From Candidatus Omnitrophota bacterium (GTDB lineage Bacteria; Omnitrophota; Gorgyraeia; Duberdicusellales; 4484-171), in assembly GCA_041652815.1 (NCBI GenBank), contig JBAZGN010000005.1:8615-72614 (forward strand): a DNA stretch of 64,000 nucleotides. The letters are read 5' to 3'. Position 1 is the stretch's first letter. The number at the start of each line of letters is the position of its first letter. The notes beneath the pieces were generated by a model, which was not told the DNA's origin, did not search any database, and saw nothing but the letters and a program-made list of their open reading frames with translations. Made by a program: the position numbers and the translations under genes. Shown here in pieces: positions 1-7,672 of this stretch.

Positions 1-232
1 TTATAAAAAATGTCATTGAAAATATTAAGGACACAATTTTTGACAGAGCGCATTTTTTTTCTTTCGCTGATTCCAGTCTTGTGTTTGAGGTGGCCTATTA
101 TGTACTAAGTCAGGATTACAATAAATATATGGATATACAACAGGAAATTAATTTCGGTATTAAAGAGGAATTAGAAAAGCGTGGCATTGAATTCGCTTAT
201 CCTACACAAACTTTGTATGTTAACAAACAATT

Positions 233-1048
233 ATGAAGCACCTTTCTGCTTTCCTGGATAAATTAGTAAAAGTTATAGACGGGAAATCCATATATCTCTT
301 TCTGGATTACGATGGTACATTGGCGCCTATTGTCGATAAACCAGAGGAGGCTTTTCTTCCCAAAGAAACCAGAGAATTACTTATAAATTTAGCTAAGGAT
401 TGTAATTGCAAGATAGCTATTATCAGCGGCCGCACCATAAATGATGTAAAAGGAAGGGTAAAAATTAAAAATATTATTTATGCAGGAAACCATGGTTTAG
501 AGATAGAAGGCCCGAAAATAAAGTTCAGAGCAAGAATCCATCCCAAATTCCTAACTATGTTTAATTCTATAAAAGACAGCCTTGCTAAGAAACTTTCCGG
601 AATCAAGGGCGTATTTGTAGAAGACAAGGGCTTAACACTAAGCCTTCATTATCGATTGGTTAACAAAAAACATGTTTCTGATGTGAAAACAATTTTTCAC
701 GAAACTGTAATTACTTATTTAGCCGGCGATAGAATAAGAGTAAAATCAGGTAAAATGATATTTGAAATAAGGCCGCCGATAGACTGGGATAAAGGAAAAG
801 CCGTCTTATGGCTTTTGTCGAGACAGCAATTTGTTAACAAAAATAAAAATGTATTGCCTATTTATATTGGTGATGACATAACCGATGAAGATGCTTTTTG
901 CGCTATAAGAAACAAAGGCCTCACTGTCTTTGTGGGTTCACCTAAAGAATCTTGTGCGGAATATTATCTTAAATCTACTCAAGATGTTGCCAAATTATTA
1001 GGAAGAATACTAGACCATTATAATAGTGATAAACAATGCAGGAATTAA
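233..1048 (+). CDS. otsB: Trehalose-6-phosphate phosphatase-like HAD hydrolase (OtsB/TPP family)
   Basis: 271 aa. HAD motif I LDYDGTLAP near the N-terminus, motif IV GDDITDEDAF near the C-terminus, and overall TPP-family architecture. The ATG at 233 is preceded by an AT-rich leader. Confidence 0.7.
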   Translation: MKHLSAFLDKLVKVIDGKSIYLFLDYDGTLAPIVDKPEEAFLPKETRELLINLAKDCNCKIAIISGRTINDVKGRVKIKNIIYAGNHGLEIEGPKIKFRARIHPKFLTMFNSIKDSLAKKLSGIKGVFVEDKGLTLSLHYRLVNKKHVSDVKTIFHETVITYLAGDRIRVKSGKMIFEIRPPIDWDKGKAVLWLLSRQQFVNKNKNVLPIYIGDDITDEDAFCAIRNKGLTVFVGSPKESCAEYYLKSTQDVAKLLGRILDHYNSDKQCRN

Positions 1049-1701
1049 TAAGGGCGAAAGAATCTTTCCGGTTTCAGACCAGGCTTCATCTTACAGAACT
1101 AACTGGTTTATACGCTTCTAATCTAAATCAGCTTCTATCGCTTATCAAGAAAGTTTCCGGTTCTTGCATTTATCACCATACCCATAGGTTTTTGCAGCAA
1201 CATCAATATTTATCTCCCGAACCACCTAATGATTTTGCCTATTGGGTAACTGAAATTTTAGGAGAAGTTGAGCTTGGTGAGAAATTAGCAAGTATTGATA
1301 CTGTCCAATTTTTAACCATCCATGGTTTACGAGAAGCAATAATAGATGTTATTGAAGAGTATCTTAAAAGTAACCGTCTGGCAAAATTAAAATTTGCCAG
1401 AGAAAACGAAGAGTTCCACTTTATCAAATCAATTAGTTTTATTTTGCCTACAAATTATTTTGCTTATGATTTAAAAGAATTTGCTGATGTTTTAGGAAAA
1501 ATAACTATCGATTCTATATATTTTCATATTTTTGAAGCACGTCTAAGATTAGAGCGGCATACAAATGATTTCTCAAACTGGATAGAGACTTCTCTTGGCA
1601 ATAAAGAATTAGCTAACCGTATCGCGCGCCTAGACCCTTATACGCGTACCTTAGAAGATTTACGCAATACACTTATTGAGATGATTAAAAAAACAATATA
1701 A
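1036..1701 (+). CDS. Conserved hypothetical protein, 221 aa, translationally coupled to otsB
   Basis: Its ATG overlaps the otsB 3' end by 13 nt and its stop lies 7 nt before treT. I recognise no domain. It is acidic and helical. The three-gene arrangement suggests an operon. Confidence 0.5.
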   Translation: MQELIRAKESFRFQTRLHLTELTGLYASNLNQLLSLIKKVSGSCIYHHTHRFLQQHQYLSPEPPNDFAYWVTEILGEVELGEKLASIDTVQFLTIHGLREAIIDVIEEYLKSNRLAKLKFARENEEFHFIKSISFILPTNYFAYDLKEFADVLGKITIDSIYFHIFEARLRLERHTNDFSNWIETSLGNKELANRIARLDPYTRTLEDLRNTLIEMIKKTI

Positions 1702-1707
1702 TAACAA

Positions 1708-2919
1708 ATGATAAAGTTACAAGATTATATTCCCATCGTTGGGCAGCAGGTTGTTGACGATCTTCGATTGCTTGCTGATAAGCTGAAAGGGAGAGTCATT
1801 CAGAATATTAATTCTACTTCGGTAGGCGGCGGTGTTGCAGAAATTCTTAACCGTATGGTTCCACTTTTGCAGGAATTGAGCATAGATGCTCGCTGGGATG
1901 TTATTAAAGGAGGAGAACAATTTTTTGAAGTTACTAAAAAGTTTCACAACGCCCTTCACGGGTTACAGGAAAAAATGAATAAAAGCGATTTCGATATTTT
2001 TTTGGAAACCAGCCAAAAGAATATCGAAGAAATGAATATTTACGGTGATATTATTTTCATTCATGATCCGCAGCCAGTTGCTTTAATAAAAAATAAGAAA
2101 GATAACAAATGGATTTGGCGTTGTCATGTAGATGTGTCTAATCCTGACCAAAAAGTTTGGAAATTTCTGAAAAATTTTGTAGTAAAATACGATGCTGCTG
2201 TTTTTTCTGCGCCAAGTTTTTCGCAAAGATTACCTATACGGCAATTTCTTATTTCTCCTTCCATTGATCCGTTAAGTGATAAAAACAAAGAGCTTCCTGA
2301 AGACGTAATTAGCGAGGTATTGAAAAAGTACGGTATTACTAATGACAAACCTATCGTCACGCAAATTTCTCGTTTTGACCGCTTGAAAGATCCTTTGGGT
2401 GTAATTACGGCTTACCGGCAAGTAAAAAAATCTATTGATTGCCAATTGATTTTGGCCGGCGGTGGCGCAAAAGATGACCCTGAAGGGGTAAAAGTTTTTG
2501 AAGAAGTTACTGAAAGAGCAAAAGAAGATAAAGATATTCATATTTTATTACTGCCGCAAAATGATATAGAAGTTAATGCTTTGCAAAGAGCATCGACTGT
2601 TATTATTCAAAAGTCGCTCAAAGAAGGATTTGGTTTAACCGTAACTGAGGCTCTTTGGAAAGCAAAGCCTGTAGTGGCATCTCATGTGGGAGGCATACCC
2701 TTACAAATAAGACATAAATACTCTGGTTTATTGTGCCATTCAGTTGATGGGGCGGCATTTGCCTTAAAGCAGCTTTTAAACAGCCCGGGATATGCAAAAA
2801 AATTAGGCGAAAATGGCAGAGAGCATGTAAAGAATAATTTTTTGCTTACACGGCATCTCAAAGAGTACATATTATTGTTTCTTTCTTTATATTATAAAGA
2901 TGACGTTGTGTATTTATAA
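1708..2919 (+). CDS. treT: Trehalose glycosyltransferring synthase (TreT-like, GT4)
   Basis: 403 aa. Blocks match archaeal/Thermotoga TreT as I recall it: NSTSxGGGVAEIL, RCHxDxS, PPSIDPLSxKN, ITQxSRFD, DDPEG, EGFGLTVTEAxWKxKPV. Confidence 0.65.
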   Translation: MIKLQDYIPIVGQQVVDDLRLLADKLKGRVIQNINSTSVGGGVAEILNRMVPLLQELSIDARWDVIKGGEQFFEVTKKFHNALHGLQEKMNKSDFDIFLETSQKNIEEMNIYGDIIFIHDPQPVALIKNKKDNKWIWRCHVDVSNPDQKVWKFLKNFVVKYDAAVFSAPSFSQRLPIRQFLISPSIDPLSDKNKELPEDVISEVLKKYGITNDKPIVTQISRFDRLKDPLGVITAYRQVKKSIDCQLILAGGGAKDDPEGVKVFEEVTERAKEDKDIHILLLPQNDIEVNALQRASTVIIQKSLKEGFGLTVTEALWKAKPVVASHVGGIPLQIRHKYSGLLCHSVDGAAFALKQLLNSPGYAKKLGENGREHVKNNFLLTRHLKEYILLFLSLYYKDDVVYL

Positions 2920-2958
2920 AATAAAAAACACTTAATTTAAATAAGATACAAAACACAT

Positions 2959-3567
2959 ATGAATTTAAGCCAGTTCTTAACAATTTTTATATCCGCAATC
3001 TTTATTAACAACGTTATCCTGTCGCGTTTTTTAGGTTTATGCCCGTTTGTTGCTATATCTAAACACACAAAACAAGCTTTTGCTATGAGTATGGCAGTTA
3101 CTTTTATTACTACCATTTCGTCAGGTATAACGTGGCTTATTTACAGGTTTCTTTTATTGCCATTTAACGTAACGTACCTGCGCACTCTTTCTTTTGTTTT
3201 AGTGATCGCTACTTTCGTGCAATTGATTGAAATGATAATTAGGAAGGTTAGCCCGGCTCTATATCATGCTTTTGGTGTCTACCTGGCTTTAATTACCACA
3301 AATTGTGCTGTATTGGGTGTAGCGGTATTAAATATTGATATGTTTTTTAAAGACGGAAGCCCAATTGTCGGCAGTTTTTATTATTCTTTATTTCAAGGTG
3401 TATGCGTTGGGATAGGCTATACATTGGTCATGCTTTTAATGTCTGGAATTCGGGAAAGATTAGATTATTGTGCTGTACCTACAGCAGTGAAGGGCTTACC
3501 AATAGCATTTATCATTGCCGCCTTAATGAGCCTTTCTTTTATGGGTTTTAGCGGTTTTCGTTTCTAA
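2959..3567 (+). CDS. rnfA: RnfA/NqrE-family membrane subunit (orphan)
   Basis: 202 aa polytopic membrane protein. It is near-colinear with E. coli RnfA as I recall it: VLxxFLGLCPF, YLRTLxFxLVIA, QxxEMxxRKxSPxLY, LITTNCAVLGVAxLN, AIxxALMSLxFMGFSG. No other rnf or nqr genes are adjacent. Confidence 0.75.
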   Translation: MNLSQFLTIFISAIFINNVILSRFLGLCPFVAISKHTKQAFAMSMAVTFITTISSGITWLIYRFLLLPFNVTYLRTLSFVLVIATFVQLIEMIIRKVSPALYHAFGVYLALITTNCAVLGVAVLNIDMFFKDGSPIVGSFYYSLFQGVCVGIGYTLVMLLMSGIRERLDYCAVPTAVKGLPIAFIIAALMSLSFMGFSGFRF

Positions 3568-3579
3568 ATAAGGTGTTAA

Positions 3580-3711
3580 ATGAAACTTAGTGGTTGGATA
3601 TTTATGATAGTTTCTTGGAGTTTTATTATAGGATTAGCTATCTTTTGTTTCCGGACAGTATTTAGACAAGGCTTTGAAGGCAAGATTCCCAAAAAAACTT
3701 CAAAAAACTAA
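3580..3711 (+). CDS. Micro-ORF, 43 aa single-TM peptide
   Basis: MKLSGWIFMIVSWSFIIGLAIFCFRTVFRQGFEGKIPKKTSKN. A hydrophobic helix followed by a basic tail. It is not in the ORF track because it is under 60 aa. The RBS is weak (aaggtg). Confidence 0.3.
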   Translation: MKLSGWIFMIVSWSFIIGLAIFCFRTVFRQGFEGKIPKKTSKN

Positions 3712-3728
3712 AATAAGAGGTAAACAAA

Positions 3729-3884
3729 ATGATGGCCGATGCGTCTTCTGATTGGGCGGTATTAGTTATTGCAGCAGCATTCCTTTCGTTTATTATTTGC
3801 GTTAGGAATTTTTTTGGCAGTCAAAAGACGCTAAAAATGTTTCGGTGGAGAGATTATAAGATATTAAAACAACTTAAGAAATAG
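3729..3884 (+). CDS. Micro-ORF, 51 aa single-TM peptide
   Basis: MMADASSDWAVLVIAAAFLSFIICVRNFFGSQKTLKMFRWRDYKILKQLKK. The RBS is good (taagaggtaaacaaaATG). TM helix plus basic tail. Confidence 0.35.
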   Translation: MMADASSDWAVLVIAAAFLSFIICVRNFFGSQKTLKMFRWRDYKILKQLKK

Positions 3885-3893
3885 GAGATTTGG

Positions 3894-4013
3894 ATGTCAG
3901 CTAGAATATGGCAGAATTTAGGAGTGTTTGTTCTAATGGTTCTGTTTTCTGTATTATTTACTCTTATTAATAGTAGAGAGCGAAAAGCGCGAATAAGGAA
4001 TAATAGAATATAA
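3894..4013 (+). CDS. Micro-ORF, 39 aa single-TM peptide
   Basis: MSARIWQNLGVFVLMVLFSVLFTLINSRERKARIRNNRI. RBS aggagatttggATG. It has the same TM-plus-basic-tail architecture as the two preceding micro-ORFs. Confidence 0.35.
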   Translation: MSARIWQNLGVFVLMVLFSVLFTLINSRERKARIRNNRI

Positions 4014-4175
4014 AAGGCCTACTATGCTTGGGCCTAAAGATATGGACATCCTCAACCACTAAGCTCTGAAAGGATTATATAAATTTTGGTTTGAAAATAA
4101 CGGACAAAATGGCCTCCTTCGACGCGCTCGCTCCGCTCGCTTGCTCAGGATTTCGCTTGATAGTAGATTAATCCC

Positions 4176-4355
4176 TTTTCCTGGATTCCACGGATATAAT
4201 CCGTGGAAAAAATAGTAAGGGGCGTCGTCCCATCGGGCACTAGCCCACTGTCTTCGACATGGACGTCGTTGGGCTCCAGGGTGTTCAAAATTTTGCGAGC
4301 CTGCCTGCCGGTAGCCCAACAGGCTGAAAGCCTGGTGGACAGGCAGGGAAATACT
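4176..4355 (+). ncRNA. Unclassified GC-rich structured RNA-like element, copy 1, paralogous to 44346-44557
   Basis: About 60% GC island in a 40% GC genome. It contains a CCACGG-N7-CCGTGG hairpin, a GGGCGTCGTCCC...GGGC-ACTA-GCCC segment, a conserved GGGCTCCAG about 64 nt after the hairpin, and pseudoknot-capable complementarity GCCTGCCTGCC / GGACAGGCAGG. The second copy has the same ordered landmarks. The overlapping track ORFs on both strands have no RBS and no consistent frame. Confidence 0.35.
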
Positions 4356-4401
4356 TCTCTAAAACCCAAATATCTTGCCATATTGCCTATATAATTCTTC
4401 T
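4356..4401 (+). repeat. 45-nt conserved motif TCTCTAAAACCCAAATATCTTG(C/T)CATA...CTATATAATTCTTCT, copy 1
   Basis: Near-identical to 44294-44347. In this copy the -35/-10 spacer is shortened to 9 nt, so it is probably not a functional promoter. Confidence 0.6.
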
Positions 4402-4580
4402 ATATAAATATAGAGAAGTTTCCCGCGTGAAATACGAGCGGAACCCCAGTAATATCGTTCTCCTCCCATAACAGGAGAGGTTAAGGGCTAGAATAAGGAT
4501 AGGGAATAAGCTTGACAAGTTTAAAATAATATGTTAAATCTTAAGTGATATGAAGCACAGTGTTTGTGCTTAAGAGAATA

Positions 4581-4617
4581 ACAAAGGCGTTCGCAAGAAC
4601 GCCTTTGTCTATTTTGT
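4581..4617 (+). terminator. Rho-independent terminator
   Basis: ACAAAGGCGTTC-GCAA-GAACGCCTTTGT hairpin followed by CTATTTTGT. Confidence 0.6.
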
Positions 4618-4720
4618 AGCACATTTTGGGAATTGATTCGGACAAGGGCGTCCTTTTTGGCAAAGTAATCAGCCAGTAGGGATGCCCTTTCTCTTTTTAG
4701 GGTAAGGGTGATGGTGAAAT

Positions 4721-5233
4721 ATGGATTTTAGAATATTACTGGAAAAAATAACGCCTGCGCTTAAATATATTGCGCGTAAGCACTTATTTTATAGTTTCTA
4801 CAGCGAAGAAGACCTTTACCAGGAAATGTGCCTTTATCTGTGGCAGCATTATGGAGGAGGATTGCCGATAGGCATAAATGAGGCTTATGTAATTAAGGGG
4901 TGCGAATTTCATATCCAGAATTTTTTAAGAAAAGGCCGGCCTAAGGCAGTAACCGCAAGCCTTGATGAGTTTATAACTCCCGGAGGTTTAACTTTCGCTG
5001 ATATTCTTGAAGACAAACGCGCAGATTTTCGTTTAAACATAGAGAGCAAGGTTACGATTGATGAGATAGCAAACATAGGTTTAACCGATAAAGAAAAATC
5101 TGTACTTTCTTATTTACTTAAAGGTTGCACAATACGCGAAATCGCAAAGGAGCTTGGAGTTTCGCATGTAATGGTTTTAAAGCACAAAAAAGAGATAATA
5201 AAAAAATGGCGCAAAAAAGGTTACCAAAAATAA
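4721..5233 (+). CDS. Sigma-70 family RNA polymerase sigma factor (small, region 2 plus region 4/LuxR-type HTH)
   Basis: 170 aa. The N-terminus has sigma region-2-like aromatic residues (YQEMCLYLWQHY). The C-terminus has an HTH, LTDKEKSVLSYLLKGCTIREIAKELGVSHVMV. RBS aagggtgatggtgaaatATG. Confidence 0.6.
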   Translation: MDFRILLEKITPALKYIARKHLFYSFYSEEDLYQEMCLYLWQHYGGGLPIGINEAYVIKGCEFHIQNFLRKGRPKAVTASLDEFITPGGLTFADILEDKRADFRLNIESKVTIDEIANIGLTDKEKSVLSYLLKGCTIREIAKELGVSHVMVLKHKKEIIKKWRKKGYQK

Positions 5234-5398
5234 CCTAAACTTTCCTGCCAAAATTTCCGCTTAACACATCTATCTATTATTTTATATCAAAACTAAGGTT
5301 ACCAAGGAGAATGTTTTTTTACTTGTATTAGTGTAGAACGCAAAGGAGCGTAAGCAATGTAAGGTTGTTTCAAAAAACATTGTTAGTGCCTTACGACA

Positions 5399-5441
5399 CA
5401 GGCGTCTTATAAATTTAGGAAAAAGACGCCTTTTATTTTTT
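5399..5441 (+). terminator. Probable intrinsic terminator downstream of the sigma gene
   Basis: AGGCGTCTT...AGACGCCT stem of 9 bp followed by TTTATTTTTT. Confidence 0.45.
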
Positions 5442-5461
5442 AGTAAGGAGGATAAAGCAGT

Positions 5462-5800
5462 ATGAAGAAAATAGAAGCAATAGTTCGTTCTGAAAAGGTT
5501 GGCGAAGTGCGGCAAGCCTTAGAGAAAATACATTATAAAGGCCTAACGCTTACGCAAGTTGATGGGCATGGTAATCAACGTGGAACTACGCAAAAGTGGA
5601 AAGACAAGGAATATAAAATTGGAATTATACCAAAAACAAAAATAGAAATTATTACTGAAGATAAAGATGTAGAAAAAATCCTTGATGTTATTGTTTTATC
5701 AGCGAGGACCGGAGAAATCGGTGATGGCAAAATATTCGTGTACACAGTAGATATGGCGTTAAGGATTAGAACAGGAGAAGCAGGGGTGAATGCTTTGTAG
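5462..5800 (+). CDS. glnB: Nitrogen regulatory protein P-II
   Basis: 112 aa. P-II fold signatures: MKKIEAIV, T-loop region GHGNQRG, GDGKIFVxxV, RIRTGE. RBS aaggaggataaagcagtATG. Confidence 0.85.
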   Translation: MKKIEAIVRSEKVGEVRQALEKIHYKGLTLTQVDGHGNQRGTTQKWKDKEYKIGIIPKTKIEIITEDKDVEKILDVIVLSARTGEIGDGKIFVYTVDMALRIRTGEAGVNAL

Positions 5801-5816
5801 AAAAAAGGGGGTTTTC

Positions 5817-7139
5817 ATGAGTTTAAGTAGAAAATTTTGCTTAATCACGATACTTACTTTTATGGGGGTTTTGTGGCTTATCGTTCCGGTATTTGCGCAA
5901 AACTCAGCTAAAATTGATACTGGCGATACAGCTTGGGTTTTATTATCTTCTACTTTAGTTATGTTAATGACCCCCGGCCTTGCATTTTTTTACGGCGGTA
6001 TGGTAAGGCGTAAAAATATGCTTAGTATATTAATGCAATGTTTCATGATCCTATGTGTATTAAGTATTCAATGGGTATTATTCGGCTATAGCCTTTCTTT
6101 TCATCCAGGTAAAGGTTTTTGGGGAGGTTTTGGCTGGTTTGGTTTAAACGGTGTAGGATTAGAGCCTTATGCTGATTATGCAGGGACTATTCCCCATCAA
6201 GCCTTTATGATTTTTCAGGCAATGTTTGCTATTATTACCCCCGCGCTTATTATCGGGGCGTTTGCTGAGCGGATGAAATTCTCGGCATTTTTAATTTTTA
6301 CAGTATTATGGGCAACCTTTGTATATGATCCGGTGTGCCACTGGGTTTGGGGAATGGGCGGTTGGCTGCGGAATTTAGGCGCGCTTGATTTTGCCGGCGG
6401 AACCGTCGTGCATATTAATGCCGGTATCGCAGCTTTGGTAGCGGCGTTAGTAATTGGCAGAAGAAAGAATCTGGATTCTAATACTCCGCCACCGCACAAT
6501 CTCCCTTTTGTAGTATTAGGAACAGGATTACTTTGGTTTGGTTGGTTTGGTTTTAATGCGGGAAGTGCTTTAGCGGCAAATGGTTTAGCGGTAAATGCAT
6601 TTGTGGTAACTAATACCGCAGCTGCCGCAGCCGGGCTATCGTGGGCGCTTTTAGAGTGGCTTCGTAATGGCAAACCTACAATGTTTGGGGTAGCCAGTGG
6701 TGCGGTAGCGGGGCTTGTGGCAATAACTCCGGCTGCAGGGTTTGTGGGCGTAATACCTGCAATAGTGATAGGAATTTTAGTAAGCGTTCTTTGTTTTACC
6801 GCCGTCAGTATCATTAAACCAAAATTAGGCTACGATGATGCATTGGATGCTTTTGGCGTTCATTGCGTAGGCGGTATTTGGGGCGCGTTAGCTACTGGTT
6901 TGTTTGCCTCTAAAGCAATAAATCCTGCGGGTGCGGATGGGTTATTTTTTGGTAATCCTAAACAATTTTTAATCCAATTATTGACGGTTCTCATAACAGT
7001 TGCCTATACTTTTATAGCCACCTTTATTATTTATAAATTAGTTAATTTGTTTGTTAGCGTACGGGTTGGCGAAAAAGAAGAACTTATGGGCCTTGACCTT
7101 ACGCAACACCGTGAAAGAGCGTATACGATATTAGAATAA
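5817..7139 (+). CDS. amt: Ammonium transporter (Amt family)
   Basis: Signal peptide plus 11-12 TM segments. Amt signatures: DFAGGTVVHINAGIAALVAALVIGRR, GWFGFNAGS, FGVHCVGGIWGALATGLFA. I moved the start to the ATG at 5817, preceded by aaaaaggggg, rather than the upstream track start. Confidence 0.9.
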   Translation: MSLSRKFCLITILTFMGVLWLIVPVFAQNSAKIDTGDTAWVLLSSTLVMLMTPGLAFFYGGMVRRKNMLSILMQCFMILCVLSIQWVLFGYSLSFHPGKGFWGGFGWFGLNGVGLEPYADYAGTIPHQAFMIFQAMFAIITPALIIGAFAERMKFSAFLIFTVLWATFVYDPVCHWVWGMGGWLRNLGALDFAGGTVVHINAGIAALVAALVIGRRKNLDSNTPPPHNLPFVVLGTGLLWFGWFGFNAGSALAANGLAVNAFVVTNTAAAAAGLSWALLEWLRNGKPTMFGVASGAVAGLVAITPAAGFVGVIPAIVIGILVSVLCFTAVSIIKPKLGYDDALDAFGVHCVGGIWGALATGLFASKAINPAGADGLFFGNPKQFLIQLLTVLITVAYTFIATFIIYKLVNLFVSVRVGEKEELMGLDLTQHRERAYTILE

Positions 7140-7272
7140 CGCGAATTCACGTTAATTGAATGCGAAGATACGCAAACAAATTCAATTCGCGATAATTCGC
7201 GTTTCCGCCAGAGGCGGATCCGCCCACATATGAAAAACGTCAGTGGCGGAAGATTCGCGATCATTCGCGTTA
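7140..7272. repeat. Nested-palindrome intergenic element, copy 1 (core TTCCGCCAGAGGCGGATCCGCCCACATAT...GTGGCGGAA)
   Basis: Outer inverted repeat TTCCGCCA/TGGCGGAA encloses a perfect 12-bp palindrome GGCGGATCCGCC. Flanks contain reiterated ATTCGCG/CGCGAAT units with AACGCGAAT...ATTCGCGTT termini. A second copy of the core lies at 11880-11960. Confidence 0.6.
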
Positions 7273-7288
7273 TAAAAAAGGAGTGAAT

Positions 7289-7630
7289 ATGAAACTAATT
7301 ATCGCTATCATCCAGCCTTACAAGTTAGAAGAAGTTAAAGAAGAGCTTTACAAGCAGGAAGTCAATCTTATTACCGTCAGCGAAGTGCTTGGTCACGGCC
7401 GGCAAAAGGGGATAACTGAAGTTTATCGCGGCGCAAAAGAAACAGGTAATCTCTTACGTAAAATACGCCTTGAAATTGCCGTAAACGAAAATTTCGTAGA
7501 ACCTACGATAAAAGCAATTGTTAAGGGCGCAAAAACCGGGGAAACCGGCGATGGAAAAATATTTGTATTAGACCTTAAAGAGTGTATTCGTATCCGTACT
7601 GAAGAACGCGGGCAATTAGCTATAGGATAG
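7289..7630 (+). CDS. glnK: Nitrogen regulatory protein P-II (GlnK-type, adjacent to amt)
   Basis: Canonical P-II: GHGRQKG T-loop, [15 protein letters not shown]. The track started at a GTG. I prefer the ATG at 7289 with RBS aaaaaaggagtgaat. Confidence 0.85.
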   Translation: MKLIIAIIQPYKLEEVKEELYKQEVNLITVSEVLGHGRQKGITEVYRGAKETGNLLRKIRLEIAVNENFVEPTIKAIVKGAKTGETGDGKIFVLDLKECIRIRTEERGQLAIG

Positions 7631-7672
7631 TTTTTCAGCTAAAAAGCGTATAAATAAGGAGATTTTTTATTT

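Noticed and set aside
4176-4355. Assignment of the GC-rich elements to RNase P RNA, tmRNA, SRP RNA or a cobalamin riboswitch
   Set aside because: GGGCTCCAG resembles the RNase P P4 5' strand and GCCCCACTGGGA resembles a B12 box. But the elements are too short, lack the other universally conserved blocks (for example GGAAAGUCCGG, AGGGUGAAA, the tRNA-like ends of tmRNA, GGUG.AA.UCC), and two copies per locus would be atypical. Left unclassified.
4059-4394. Track ORFs on both strands inside the first GC-rich element (4059..4319-, 4145..4381-, 4203..4394+)
   Set aside because: Open frames arise from local high GC. No RBS, mutually overlapping, and the paralogous copy at 44346-44557 is similar at nucleotide level with frame-breaking indels.
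6215-6814. Minus-strand ORFs embedded in amt, gltB, gltD, carA, carB, arsP and others (for example 6215..6814, 17377..17898, 22759..23214, 50845..51318)
   Set aside because: All are antisense to genes with strong family-level conservation. Typical shadow ORFs.
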